Shown here: positions 14,650 through 28,449 of the stretch, one piece after another
Numbering within the stretch: position 1 is the first letter of the stretch
Layout: each line of letters opens with the position of its first letter
Notes under the pieces: generated by a model
What the model saw: the letters and a program-made list of their open reading frames with translations, nothing else
Databases searched by the model: none
What the model was told of the DNA's origin: nothing
From: Octopus vulgaris
Taxonomy: Eukaryota
Reading direction: 5' to 3'
Assembly: GCA_951406725.2 (NCBI GenBank)
Contig: OX597823.1
Span: 66,092,001 to 66,156,000, forward strand
Length of the DNA: 64,000 nucleotides
Position numbers and translations under genes: made by a program

Positions 14650-15290
14650 ACCACAATTAATGCAATTGTGATAATACGGCAAGGGAACGGGGTATCATTC
14701 AAGCACAGCTTCCTGCCGAAATTATGATAACTGGACGATTTTTCCTTGCATATCACTCTCAGGAAGGCACAGAAAGAATACCAGAAACCACATGAAAACC
14801 TAGGGAGAATAATTCACTGGGCGTTATGTAAAGCTAGCATTTGACTATACTGATAAGGGTATGAATATGAACCCAGTAGAGTGCAAGAAAGTAAGAAATA
14901 TAAGATATTGTGGGATTTTGACATTCAGACCTACAGAATATTTGACGCTAGAAGGCCTTATTTAGTAGTAGTACACAAATAGAATAAAAAGTACCATGTA
15001 ATTGACTTTAGAGTCCCAAATGATGAAGTCAATATGAGAGGCATAGCGAAAATAGCAAAGTACATATATCTATCCAAACATTGAGTTACAAGGCTATTTG
15101 ATACTGCGAATAAAATATATCCCTGTAGTTACAGGTGCATTAGGAACTATCCCTAAAGATTTGAACAGATATATAAAGAAAAAAGGCATAAGGTCTGGTT
15201 TTATGCCTCTCTAGCGAACAGTATTATTAGGGACACCTAGGAATATTCTTCGCATCTTAAGTTACTTGTAGCGATTTTTTCCAGTAATCT
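14650..15290 (+). mobile_element. R4/Dong-like LINE 3' remnant (restriction-like endonuclease region)
   Basis: Fragments RRPYLVVV, HVIDFRVPND, PVVTGALGTIPKDL, RTVLLGT; many stops and frameshifts. Confidence 0.7.
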
Positions 15291-15334
15291 AAACTGATGT
15301 GCGTGTAAAACAACATCAATAACAACAAAAATAA

Positions 15335-15543
15335 TGATCCTTTCTACAAAAGGAGCAAGAAGTGAAATTTGTAGGGAGAGGCTAGTTGATTACATCAACC
15401 CCAGTACTCAACTGATACTTCTTTCATCGACTCCGAAAAGATGAATGGTAAAGTAGAACTTGGCGAAATTTGAACTCAGAACTTAAAGACTTGAGAAATA
15501 CCGCTAAGCATTTCTCCTGGCGACTCCGCCAGCTTGCTGCCTT
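15335..15543 (-). mobile_element. SINE family B copy
   Basis: Reverse complement has ggcagcaagctggcgga, aaatgcttagcggtatttc, ttctgagttcaaatttcgcc and ggagtcgatgaa, as in the 28651-29465 units. Confidence 0.8.
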
Positions 15544-15548
15544 AATCG

Positions 15549-15583
15549 TAATAATAATAGTAATGATAATAATAATAATAATG

Positions 15584-15652
<69 letters not shown>

Positions 15653-15672
15653 TTAATATTAATAATTATAAT
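15549..15672. repeat. (AAT)n microsatellite
   Basis: Read directly from the sequence. Confidence 0.95.
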
Positions 15673-15819
15673 GAGGAGGAGGAGGAGGATAGTAATAACA
15701 GCAACAATAATAACATCAACAACAATAGCAACAACATAGCAGAAATGGTCAAAGAGACAAGAAATAAAATTAAGAAAAGAATGATAAAACTTAATAAATA
15801 AGAAATGTAGAGCAAAATC

Positions 15820-16545
15820 ACTCAATGGTCACCCTGCAAGCCTTGACAGAGAAGTGATCCAAGCCAAAAATGACTCAAAAGCTGTGGAGGAAAAGTTGAA
15901 ACGGAAGGACTGTTTCTCACTGCACAAGACCAACGTCTGACTACGAACATGTATAAAAGCAAAATAATGAAAACAAAACCTAACACCAAATGCAGAATGT
16001 GTAACCAGCTCAATATGACAGTTGACCACATCTCTGGTTGTCCAGTCTGAATATATATATACAGACACAACCGAGTAGTTATATTCACTAGACAATATGC
16101 CAAAAGCACATAAAAACTGACAATAAATTGTACAAACACGTGCCAAACAAAGTACAAGACAATGATCAGGCCACAATCATCTGGGATATACCTATTAAAA
16201 CCGACGAAGGAATAAAAGCTAATCGCCCAGACATAATAATCAAGGATTTGTAAAAAAATCAACTGCTTTATGATAGATATCGTAGACCCGTCTGACCAAG
16301 ATACTGCCCAAAATATAGGGGGGAAATTCTCAAAGTTCAAAGGCCTTGAAACTGAAGTATTCAAAGTGTGGGGTATGGAGGTGAAAAACAATACCAGTAA
16401 TAATTGGAGCGCTAGGCATGATATAAATGCATATGAACAAACATGTAGAATCTATATCTGAATACTCAACACGACACATTATCTAGAAAATATCCCTCCT
16501 AGGAACAGCCCACATCCTACTCAAGACACTATCAATTGAATGGAA
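15820..16545 (+). mobile_element. R4/Dong-like LINE remnant (CCHC zinc knuckle plus RLE domain)
   Basis: ETEGLFLTAQDQ, KCRMC..TVDHISGC, RHNRVV, IIWDIPIKTD..ANRPDIII, MIDIVDPSD, PVIIGALG; frameshifted. Confidence 0.85.
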
Positions 16546-16850
16546 CAACCTAAACAAAACAATCCACAAACTCAAGTCACTCTAGACAGGAAATATCCAA
16601 TGAAATAAACTACCAACTGCAGGTTGGGTATCCAAAGCTTGGCACACAGAACACACAATACAAACACTATATCAATCAAAACTTGCAATAAACCTAATAT
16701 AATATAAAAAAAAAGAAACTGACGCAATAAAATACCGGGTAGATTTTACACACTCACGACAACAAAAAATGAACACACAATGCTACACACATAGCATAGA
16801 AGTTTGGCAGGTGATGAGGTAGAAATTTGCCTGAAACTACCAAAAGTTGA

Positions 16851-16861
16851 ATGACGACGAC

Positions 16862-16933
<72 letters not shown>

Positions 16934-16939
16934 GTGAGG

Positions 16940-16984
<45 letters not shown>

Positions 16985-17030
16985 GTGATGATGAAGACGG
17001 AAATGATGGTGATCATGATAATGATCAACA
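16851..17030. repeat. (GAT)n microsatellite
   Basis: Read directly from the sequence. Confidence 0.95.
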
Positions 17031-17835
17031 AGCAGGACATGGTGCTCAGCATATTCGCCATTATAGTATAAAACACCTTAGTGAATACTTAAAAATTTCT
17101 TCTCGTATCGACAGTGAAACTTCAGAGTTTATTATTCGACACATTAACATGTCAAGTCGAACAGCTGATTAAATATTCAATGGTGGGGAATTATAAAATA
17201 ATTGGATAATTCTACTTTTTTTCAGTTTTACTTGTATATAGATGAATATAATATATCTAACATATGTACGAATAAGTAAAAAAACGAATATTTTAACAGA
17301 TTCAAAAGAATTTTAAAATCACATTTCACTTGCAAAGTTATCATTTGATTCATTTATACATTTGCAATATCAGGCGTAACTTACAATTTTGGTGTACTGT
17401 AGACGCAGCTTCGCTATACAATACATAACGTATAACTGAAAATATTCAAAAATTCAACGATTACGCTTGAAATCACTGAATTGGCAATTGAAATAAGATG
17501 AAATAAGAAATAAGAAATGATGAAATATGAAATAAGAACGCAGTTAAAAAGTGTATTTATCAGATAAATGGGATAGTTAAAAAATGAAAGGATGAGATGC
17601 AGCAAAATTTGTTATACAATGTAGGAGACAAGGCTGTGTGTTTCAAAAAATTACTTACTAAACAGATTTACTTTAACGAAAATCCTTCGGGAATATAGGA
17701 TTTATTTATATTTTAAGAAAGGCTTTTCGATTATTTATAGTTAATAACCGTATTTTTTATATATTTATTTGATAATTAGTATAAGTTAAGATAAGTACAT
17801 TTATTCTATTAGTATTTATTATTATTTATTATCTT

Positions 17836-17952
17836 AGACCTGATGAGTGAATATATTTTTAAATAGAATTAATTTTAGTTCGGTTTCATTTTAAATCGAA
17901 TTGATTTTATTATTAACTATTTGAAAATATAACCATGAAACGTGCGTACTCT
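17836..17952 (+). ncRNA. Hammerhead-like motif with long AT-rich stem II (decayed)
   Basis: agac-CTGATGA-[~90 nt imperfect hairpin: tatattttt aaatag...ctattt gaaaatata]-GAAAC-gtgc-GTA-ctct. Stem I pairs 3 of 4. Confidence 0.5.
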
Positions 17953-18832
17953 TTTTACAACTTTTTACTATTTATTTTACTTTATGGATGTTTAGAATAA
18001 GGTTTTTTTTCTTTGAAAAAGAAAAGATATAACTCAAATGTCGTTACAATGATGTACGCCTATATATATAGGCATATATCATCTCAACGACATTGGCGTT
18101 AAGTCTTTTTTTTTCAATTTCCTCGTTATTTTTAACCAAATAATGGAAATAAATGGTATGAATATGAAAATACGTGCAAACAATTTAACAAATATTCACT
18201 TAATTTAAGTCATTTTTCGAGTTAACTCTAATCTCTTCGAACCAACTGCCGACGTAATTTGAGATATACAGTTACGTACTTATACATGTGTGTGTGCATG
18301 TGTGCATGTGTGTGTGCATTTGTGTGTGTATGTGTGCGTGTATGTGTGTTTGCATTTGTGAGTGTATGTATGTGTGTATGAGCCTATGCGTGTATTTGTG
18401 CATATGTATATATGTGTGTATTTGTGCATATACCATATATATATATATATATATGAAGCAAGAATCCTAGAAATCTAGTATATTTAATCCCCATTATATA
18501 CGTTTCCTTACTTAATACGAATAAATAAATATGATATACTTGTAGAAAGACTTGTAAGAAATCTATTACTAATTCTTGAAAGAGAGAATTTAAATAATAT
18601 CAAGATACATTGATTGAGCTATAATTCATTTTATGAATTATTAATCAAATGTCACACAGAACATTATAGAGGAATATAAACAATAAAGAAGTAATGTTAA
18701 TAAAGAGAGAGATATTGCGTTTTAGAGATATATTGATACATACTCAAACTCACACACACGTAAATCCATAAATATATTTAAAATTCTTTGGGAAAATTAC
18801 TTGATTCAGTTATATATATATGTATGTATGCA

Positions 18833-18873
<41 letters not shown>

Positions 18874-18907
18874 GGAGTTTAACGCAGGTATTTTCAAATA
18901 CTTATAT

Positions 18908-18991
18908 TTCCGACACATGTTTCGAAGATTTCACTGATATTATTCCTAAGGAATAAATCATGTACAACAATATAAACTTCTCTTCAGGGAA
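18908..18991 (-). ncRNA. Minimal type I hammerhead with intact core, GUC site and extended stem II
   Basis: Minus: ttcc-CTGAAGA-gaag..ttattcc tta ggaataa..cttc-GAAAC-atgt-GTC-ggaa. Inside a (TA)n-flanked insert at ~18871-19215. Confidence 0.75.
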
Positions 18992-19214
18992 GTGAAGAAA
19001 TGAAACTCGCCAATGAGACATTTTAACAGAAAATGATGGATATGTATAGCGATTTACTGAACGCTATTAATATTGTTTAAAAAACCGTTATATGATATAA
19101 CGTCAGAAGTAACCTAAAGAAAGAGGAGGGTTATTTTTTAGTGAATGTTAAATATAAAAAGAAAATTAGTGTCTAAATTATATATAATGATAGAGATTAC
19201 TTATATGAACTAAA

Positions 19215-19270
<56 letters not shown>

Positions 19271-19274
19271 TCTC

Positions 19275-20727
19275 TCTTCCTCTGACTTACAGAGCTTCCT
19301 CACAACTGGTAGACTTCCAAAAAAGTTAAAGAGAGGCACAATATACCCTATTCATAAGGAAGGTAATAGAGCAATTGCTAAAAATTAAAGAGCTGTCTCT
19401 CTAACTTCCCATATCAGCAAAGTGGTGGAGTGCATGGTCAGGAAGGAACTAATTGCGTTCCTTGAAGATAACGACTTTCTGACATACAGCATGGTTTTCG
19501 CTCAGGAAGAAGCTAGCTTATACAGATTTTGCATCTATGACTTGGCATTGTAATTATTAATGAATCGCTCAGACGTGTATGTGATATATATTAACTTTGC
19601 AAATCCTTTGATAAGGTTGAGCATTGGATATGTAACAAACTACGGACAGTCGGCATAACAAGGGAAAATCGGAGAGTGGTTGCATGACTTCTTAAAAGAC
19701 AGAAGCCAGGCGGTAGCAGCGAACGGAGACCTCTCCAAGGAGACAGCAATAGAAAGTGGAGTTCCTTAGAGAACAGTATTGCAGCTGCTACTTTCAGACA
19801 TGCTATTAGCTATACAGATAGCTACAAATAATAGCTATGCCGATGATAATCTCCTAGAAAAAGATCTTGATGCCATATATAAAATGGCTGAGGACAAGAT
19901 GCAATTTAATGCTGTCAAATTTCAAGCCCTCCGCTACAAGCTAAGTGGTGCTCAAAAGTCGCAACAAAGATATTCTAGACCAAAAGGAGCGGTAATCCCA
20001 GAATCACATACGGTGCATGATCTTGAGATAGAAACGAGCAAATACGACTCGTTTCACGTGCATATCACCAAGATGCTTGCAGTGTGCAGGCGAATGGCCA
20101 GCTGGATTCTGAGAAACTTCAGAATACGGGACCAGGAAACTAAGCTTGTCCTATGGAGGACATTTGTCCTTAGCCACCTGAACTACTGCTCTTAACTGTG
20201 GCCACCTTCCAGTTTGGGATTAAACGGTTTAGCGATGGATGCTGTAAAAGGAATATTGCATCAATGTACCAGCTGAGTTACTGGGAGAGACTTAAGAGCT
20301 ACTACTCTACCCTCTGAAGTGAAAAGGAGAGGTATGCAGTGATATATAAATGGAATATACTGGAGGGGCTGGCACCAAACTTTGGAATTGAGAGTTCTAC
20401 CAGACCTGGAATTGGACGTCACTGCACTGTTCCAAAAGTCCCGGCCGTCCCCTCCAAGTTGAGGACCATGTACTGCAGTAGTTTGGGATTCAAGCGCCCA
20501 CAGCTATCTAACACCTTATCAAAATATCTGACGGATCTCCATGGAGTGGTGGTAAGTGTTTTCAAATAACTTGACTTCTCACTATCCGAGATCCTAGATG
20601 AACCAATATCAAGGCGGGAAATTTAAAAGAGGGCAGCAGTGTCGAACTCCCACATTCACCAAAAGCAAATCACATAGGATTGGCCAATTTTAAGGTGATT
20701 ACACTGGTGGTGCCCCAGCATGGTCAT
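19275..20727 (+). mobile_element. 5'-truncated, decayed CR1-like LINE (RT domain and 3' end)
   Basis: Across frames: PIHKEG, VSLTSHISKV, QHGFRSGRS, PFDKV, SGVP, YADD, MQFNAVK, VLSHLNYCS, LSYWERL; several stops. Confidence 0.9.
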
Positions 20728-22432
20728 ATGGAGCACTCAGTCATTTTATTAAAATTGTATGAATAGGCATTAACGCAGGCTTTTGTTTCCCTATTATGAT
20801 GTAGCTGAAATTTTTCGCTCCGTTTAACACTAGCAAATAGTTCCTCCATAGCTTTAGCCAAATTCACTCGGATCCAAACAATCAAATCTGACCGCATCCA
20901 CCCCCGAGTTAAAGATAAACCTCGCCTTCTTCATTCAGATGTCCTGAAAAATATATACACACTTGCTCGAACTCTTACTTCCCGATGAAGCAGTAATAAA
21001 ATAAGTTGAGCGAGCAAACAGAATACTTGTCTCCAAACAGAGAATAAACACATTTAGTTGGTAATCCATGCGTATGGGTTGCAAGTATACGGGTCATATG
21101 AAGGTTTAAATGAGAGAATACTTATCTTAGATACGATTTAAAGAGTGTAGCTTTTCTAATCCTATTGTATTCACTCTTCTATTTTCAGTTGCATTATTTC
21201 AATGATAAATATATTGTAAATGTGATTTAATTTTGGCGACATTATTGAATGATTTTCGGTAAAATCATATTTGAATGTTATATTTTTGAAAAGACCATCC
21301 CTTGATAACAATTCATTATGCATAACATGAAAAAAGAAAGTTCTTTCAAATCAGCTTAAGGATTACATATGTTCAAGGTAAGTCGTGAGTTCAAAATGGT
21401 TCACATCAGTTAATTCCAAGTATGTCAGTACTAAGAAAAGCAACATATTTCAGAAATAAGGGTTAATGTTAAGATTACATACAGAATATTCATGTACGAC
21501 AAATTGTACCAGATGTAATTCAACATAGATGAGAAATAACATAGGAGTCAATGAGAAGTCCGCTACATGGAAATAACAGCTAAGTCCCTCAAATCTCACA
21601 TTTGTATCTTACATAGAGAACGGATACGTTAGATAGGATTAGGATCCGTGATTGTCATGGAAAAGCTGTAAATCAGTGGAGTTTTAAGCTGCCCTAATAA
21701 AAATTTAAAACATATATCTTTAATTTTTAGTTACGGTTCTGCCAGCACTTGCATTACATATTATGAGTAGTAAACTATCTTATCAGAGACCCATGTCCTT
21801 GTCTTGAAGTAAGACTTGAGCAACCTGTAATTTAGCTTTGTACGAGTATATTGCAAAATCAATTCAGGAGTCCAAGAGCTAAGTGCCAACGTAGTAGAAT
21901 ATATCGATTCTTGTGCATAACTCAGTATACCATATCGCTTATGAATATCGGCTGGTTAATTCTGGTTTTGATGTAATGTTCCCCAAATTCACGCAAGGTT
22001 TTCCGTCGACGAAGTGAAATATTTAGAGATAAACATACTTCGGGTGGCTTTGTATGTATATGCGTGCTTGTGTGTACGTATTTGTGTGTGCGTGTGCGTG
22101 TGGGTGTGTACTGGTGTAAGCATATCGAAACAAAAAGCATAGACAAACTGTCAGCGGTTATCAACTGACTTGATATCTGACCATTATACACATACCATAT
22201 CGATTTATACACATCATTTAGCTAATGATCATCTAAGCCGTCATTTCGTACCTGAATTCAAAGGTGAGGTTGCGGCTCAAATTCGATGTGAGCACTCACT
22301 GTATGTACCTATTATCTCATGGAATGTCTTATAACCTACAGCTTACATTCATTTATGTATGTGTGTGTCTCTCTCTTTGTTTGTGTATGCGTATGTGCGC
22401 TTGTGCGTGTATATATATATATATATATATAT

Positions 22433-22491
<59 letters not shown>

Positions 22492-22494
22492 CAC

Positions 22495-22539
<45 letters not shown>

Positions 22540-22779
22540 TACATACATGCAGAGCGATGATCGGTTGAGCTGTATAAAGTGGATACCTATATCACATATT
22601 TCTCCAGTGTTATGTGTGTGTATGTATGTTAGTACGTACGTACGTTGCGTGTATGCATGTATTTGTGTATGCTTGTATGTATGTAGACACTGTAACAGCT
22701 TTAGCGAAATATCGCCGGTGATCAGATATGGTCAAAGTTTGTGAAATTGGTTTTCTTTGACGGGTATGCAATCCTTACA

Positions 22780-23400
22780 TAGCATGCCATGTGTTCCCAA
22801 ACATATACCTATGAGCTTTTTCTTTCGAGTTTCCGTATTTTGGAGAGTTGCTAAGTCTTTTTAGAAAGAGAAACTCTAACAAAGAAGCTGCTTTTCTACA
22901 AGGAGATAAGAAAAAAGACTCCAACTAGACATATCTGGGACATGAAGACTAACTATACATCACACACCATCAATTGGAATAAAGTACACACATCCACGCC
23001 ATACATTAATGGAATACATAGATGCATGCTCTCATACCATTTTTAGATCTGAGTCCCCTACTGACTTACTAGATTTTAGCGATGAAATTTTTATGATAAG
23101 TAAGAATCTGGATGAATTCCTTTTATTGAACTGGAAAAGACCACAATCTCCGTATTAAGCTGGCAGGTTCATAATGATTGACCTTTCCCTCCTTGAATTC
23201 ATTTACAAAAACCATACTAATTCCGAACCGAATTGGCGAAAGGGGTGCAAATATTAATATTTTCTTTTTCCTCTGTTTCCACTATTTTTCTTTTACCTTC
23301 CTTCCGTCCTATTTAGTGCTTTCATTAAGAACAGCGTCGTTTCCCGATCACTGATAAAAGACCATCTATATTTAATATCTGTGTCTAAATGGTTCTGAAG
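22780..23400 (-). mobile_element. Possible heavily decayed piggyBac-like transposase remnant
   Basis: Minus-strand snippets IDG, PIRFGI and MYGVD appear in the order of piggyBac SIDE, KPIRFG and MGGVD; short matches only. Confidence 0.3.
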
Positions 23401-23541
23401 GTGTCCTCGGAAACATGCGGCGTGCTATAGAAACTTGTCTAACAATGGCGTTTTCAAAGTATGAAGCTAACAGTAGTTAGAATATAAAACCCTATGTATA
23501 TTAAATGGCACACACACACACACACACACACGCACACACAC

Positions 23542-23572
<31 letters not shown>

Positions 23573-24116
23573 TAGGCTTATGTGAAAATTCTCGTACAAA
23601 AGAAATCCGCACAACTCCATCATGCGGTTGATAAAGATGATGACGACGACGACGACGAGGAGGAGGAGGAGGAGGAGGAGGAAGAGGAGGAGGAGAAGGA
23701 ATAAGAGGGGGAGAATGTTGATGAGAAGGAGATAAAAAATGAAAGTGTGGGGTGCAAGTTTGACAGAAAACGAAAAAGGAAATTATATTAAAACGAAATG
23801 CGCCTAACGTATAATTAACGAACATGAAAAGAGGGAGAGCAATATGTATAGAAAAACGAAAGAAGGAATATAAAAATAACAACAGATAAATAGAGAGTAG
23901 GGTGAATAGAAAAATATACCGTTCAGAATTTAGATTAATTCCTGCATCGCTCCATATAAGGGCAAATTTATATGGAAATATGTTGCGCCTCTGCAACACA
24001 TCATTATATATATATCAGTATAGGTGTATACAAAAATGTATTTTATATATGACTATATAGACAAGTATGCTTGAAGGTATACACACACGCACATAAATAT
24101 ATATATATATATCTAC

Positions 24117-24199
<83 letters not shown>

Positions 24200-24466
24200 T
24201 ATATATATGCATATATATATATATAATATATATATATGCGTACATACATACACACATTTATGTATGTACATATATACATATATTGCGTATATATTAATAA
24301 CGATTTAGAATGAGAAATTATTAACTCTGGATTGTTACATTCATATAAGTTATATTTTTACACTGTCAAAACAAACGTTGCATATATCTTGGGTAATATT
24401 AAAATATCTATGGAAAAAACACACCTGTTACATTGGGAAACTGATATCATAGTCAATAAGTGTGTG

Positions 24467-24497
<31 letters not shown>

Positions 24498-24678
24498 GTA
24501 TGTATATATGTATATGCATGTATATATGCATATATATATGTATGTATATATGTATAGTTGTATATATGTATGTATATATGTATGTATAGTTAATCCGAAT
24601 GATATGATATATATGTAAAAAATGTAATATATAAATAAATATCTACAAATATGAACCATCTGATCTGATTACCTCAAT

Positions 24679-24719
<41 letters not shown>

Positions 24720-25217
24720 ACTCCAGTGTGTGTGCGCGCGCATATATTTAGGCCCATGCATATGAAAGATTAAACATAAATGTTCGAAATCCATGAGAGA
24801 GAAATATGAACAATACATATTATTAAATAAGAGAATGTAATATGCCGCAGAAGGTAAAGAAACAAAAATTGCTAATATATTATAAGGACTAAAATCTGTT
24901 AAGAAAGCAAATTATTCTGGAAGCCAAGTATTAAGAAAACAAAATATAGTGATATATGGTTTAAAAGAATTAATAATCTGACACGAACGTAATGTATGTA
25001 TTCCCTATACTAATTAATTACCTGTCTTGCATCTAATCTTTATGCATCGAAGCTTCTGAAGTTAGACATGTTTCATTTGCAAATATCGAATTTGAGATTG
25101 CTATTTTACGAACCTAAACATATATGAACACTATGTTCATTCGACATGTTGTGTTCATCCAAATGCAGCAAAGCGGGCTTTTCAAAGACGGTAAGAAACA
25201 AGTAAATCGTCCATATA

Positions 25218-25795
25218 CAAGGTGTGGGAAATAAACTGTCGTTTAAATAATGCAAAATTGAGAATAACACTGACATCTCATTTTAACAGATATATTTACC
25301 AAAATTATATTAAAATATCTTGAAATACCAAACCGTAAATTTATTCAATAAAATCGCCATTGACGTCAACCACGGAATCTCTTGCAACTCTTCTGGGCGA
25401 TCTCCTTGACTAAGTTGGGAAATGCTGCCGTAAGCCTTGCCTTCAATTCATCTTTGGTATTACAAGGAGTTTTGTTAGTCTCTCGCTCAACTGTACCCCA
25501 CGCATAATAATAAAGGGGTTGCAGTCTGGAGAGTTAGATGAGCAGATGTCATGGTAGTGTGGTCGCATAAATTGTCTGACAGCCATGACTGTGTTCTCCT
25601 GTTTGTGTGGCATAGTGAAGAGTCCTGTTGTCAGACAAAGTGTCTTCTAGCACTCACCCTCTTTACCCAGTACAGCACTACCTCGTCCAAACACGTAATG
25701 TAGGCCTCCAGGCCATGTAGGAAGATGAATGGAGGCATAATGTTGCCATCACTAGTGATCACTCCAAACACAATGGTGTTGACTGGATATTTGAT
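25218..25795 (-). mobile_element. Tc1/mariner superfamily 3' remnant, maT/DD37D-like
   Basis: VFGVITSDGNIMPPFIF, QQDS..CHT..RTQSWLSDN, NSPDCNP, WGTVERETNKTPCNTKDELKAR; TA at the terminus. Confidence 0.8.
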
Positions 25796-25799
25796 TTCT

Positions 25800-25938
25800 A
25801 TCTCTCTCGGTTCGGCAAAAGAGACTGATAGAATAAGTAGAAAGCTTACAAGTAGAAAGCTTAATCCTGGTGCCAATTTGCTCGATTACAGGCGGTGCTC
25901 CAGCATGACCACAGTGAAAATTTCTGAAACAAGTAAAA

Positions 25939-25940
<2 letters not shown>
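25800..25940 (+). mobile_element. SINE family A, 3' half
   Basis: cggttcggcaaaagagac..gatagaataagta..ggcggtgctccagcatg..tgaaacaagtaaaaga. Confidence 0.8.
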
Positions 25941-25973
<33 letters not shown>

Positions 25974-26171
25974 AAAGTACATGTATATTGTGAGGTAACG
26001 CTGAGTAAATGCTATGGGCAGCCCACAGTTAAACTCCAGGATAGATAATAATACGAATGAGGAGTCCAACGTGGGTCGTGTATTAGCATGGGTATATATA
26101 ATAATAATTAACACAACGAGAAAAAAAGATCCAAGGCTGTGAATAGTTTTCAGAACTTTTATAAGGAGAAG

Positions 26172-26219
26172 GTCTTACAGCTGTTTCCGGGATATTTTAT
26201 ATATCTCTTCATCAGAGAC
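26172..26219 (-). ncRNA. Minimal type I hammerhead ribozyme with canonical core
   Basis: Minus: gtct-CTGATGA-a gagatat ataaa atatccc g-GAAAC-agct-GTA-agac. Stem I gtct/agac; palindromic AGCU loop III. Confidence 0.8.
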
Positions 26220-26658
26220 GGTGCGATAAAATGTTTAAGTAATAATTATTGTACAGAAGATATGAAATACAGAGGGAAGTGAAAGAATGAAAAGTGAAGG
26301 AATTGAGATACGTAAGGATATTGTATTTGCTCATCCATTATCTCAGCAGAATGGTGTATACATAAGTTTCCTGTACCTTGTTTTCCGCCCTTAACTTTCT
26401 CTCATTGTTACGAATATAGAGGCGGCGCTCACTCTCAAATTTTTTAACCTTTTCTTTTTATATATACTTTTTCATTTTTTTTCTTTTTAGTTTTGTGAAT
26501 GTGTACGTATGCGAGTATATTTATGTATATTTATGCATATTTTTTTTATGTATATGAGTGTAAGATTGTATCCGGTGCATACGTGCGACTTCCATGCACA
26601 CATTGATATGGATATGCATATGTTTGTATATGGGCAGGTATAGGTGTGTGATAGGAGG

Positions 26659-26711
<53 letters not shown>

Positions 26712-28449
26712 TGAGGATGAAGTTGCCTGCACATACGCATATATATGTATATATATACATGTGTGCGTGTGTGTATGTGGGGATGTGTGTGTGTATATTA
26801 GTACGTAAATGCACATATATCTTTGTATGTGTATGTGCATGTACATATGTATGCTTGTGTGAGTGGTGAGCATGTAAGTATATAGACTTTATGAACGGAG
26901 GAGGTTTTATGTCAATGCACTGTGAGAATATGGTCGCGTGTATTTTTATCTTTCTTTGTTTTCTACCAATTAGAGTAACCTCCCTTTTATTCAACGGTTT
27001 TTCATAGCGTCTACGTCCATTAATAGCCGATGAGACAGTATCGTAGCACTTCGCTCCGACATACGAAACCCAGAGTACTGTAATGACAATTATTGTTTGT
27101 CCTAAATTATACATATATAAACAATCTCCTATTTACCTAATATCGAGGTCTCAAACATATATATGTACATTTATGTACATTTGTGTTTGTGTGTATATGT
27201 ATTTCTGTATTGAATGCATGTGTATTTGTTTCACTGGCTTAGAACTAATTCAAACTGGTAAAATTAAACAAATCTTGGTTAAAGCAGGAATTGAATGAGT
27301 GATACAACATATTATTCTTAACATAACTGCACTTTACTCATTCTTATTCACATTTTTGTGCATTTTACGTACATATAATACAATGCAAATATTGCGTTTA
27401 TATGTGTGCGCGTATGTGTGTGTTACCGCCATAAATTTGATGGCAATGCAGTCTCTATTGTTAGAAAAACTGTTTTGCAATGCATTTAGAAAGAAAATAC
27501 AATTTATTAACGTTCTTAAAACAATTTTATTGTTATCCAAGGAAATCTATGTAGTTACTCACGACATATCTGCACAATTTTCGAAACATTTTTGTCCTCA
27601 TTAAGGCACATAATTGTAGTTCATTGTCAGCCCGTTTCGTGCAGAACATTCATTGTATTGCACCTATAAATTTCCTATTTAATTTATCGTTTATGCGCTA
27701 CTGAATATATTCATTTTGCTATTCTTGTCCTTTCATGGTTTTGCAGGCAAACTTATTATGTGTTATTTTCTCTTCACAAGTGTTATGTATTCTGTGTATT
27801 TTTATCTCATTCATAAAGTATACACGCAAATCACTATATGAGTGTTCATATCTGTATTTAATTATTATCTTTAAGAGTTTTCTTAGTTGTTATTCTGCTT
27901 TCTCTCTGAATAGCTGGTACAACCTACATTTATATATAATTTTGTTTCGCAATTTTAACATGGATGCTCCTGAGTGATTGTGTGAGGCCTTCATAAAACC
28001 GCTAATATCATCTACAGAATTCAATGTTTATTTATATTTTCAAAATATTGTTTTCTTTTATCAATAAACCTCAAATAAATAACCACCTGTAGCTGAAGAT
28101 GGTTCTAAGTTTAAAATTGTTGGAGCGCTTGCATAATTTTACACGAAACATTTATAATCAAGTACAGTCATAGCTGGTGATTTCGGTATGCTGCCAATAG
28201 TTTCCTGGCTTTTGTCTACGTTTATCAATTCACTAATTTTCCATTTTATTTTCTTGAAGATGTAATTTATGACTGGTATGGCTAACACATTCTTCCCTAT
28301 TATCTTATTTTTAGCATTGAGATCTGAGTGTTAATATTAGCCTAACTCTTCTAATTTACACTTTCATTTCTGAGTGTGTTGTATTTTAGATATTTCATTT
28401 ATTCCAGGCACTGGTGTCGCTAATATATATATATTTTAACAAGCTAAAT

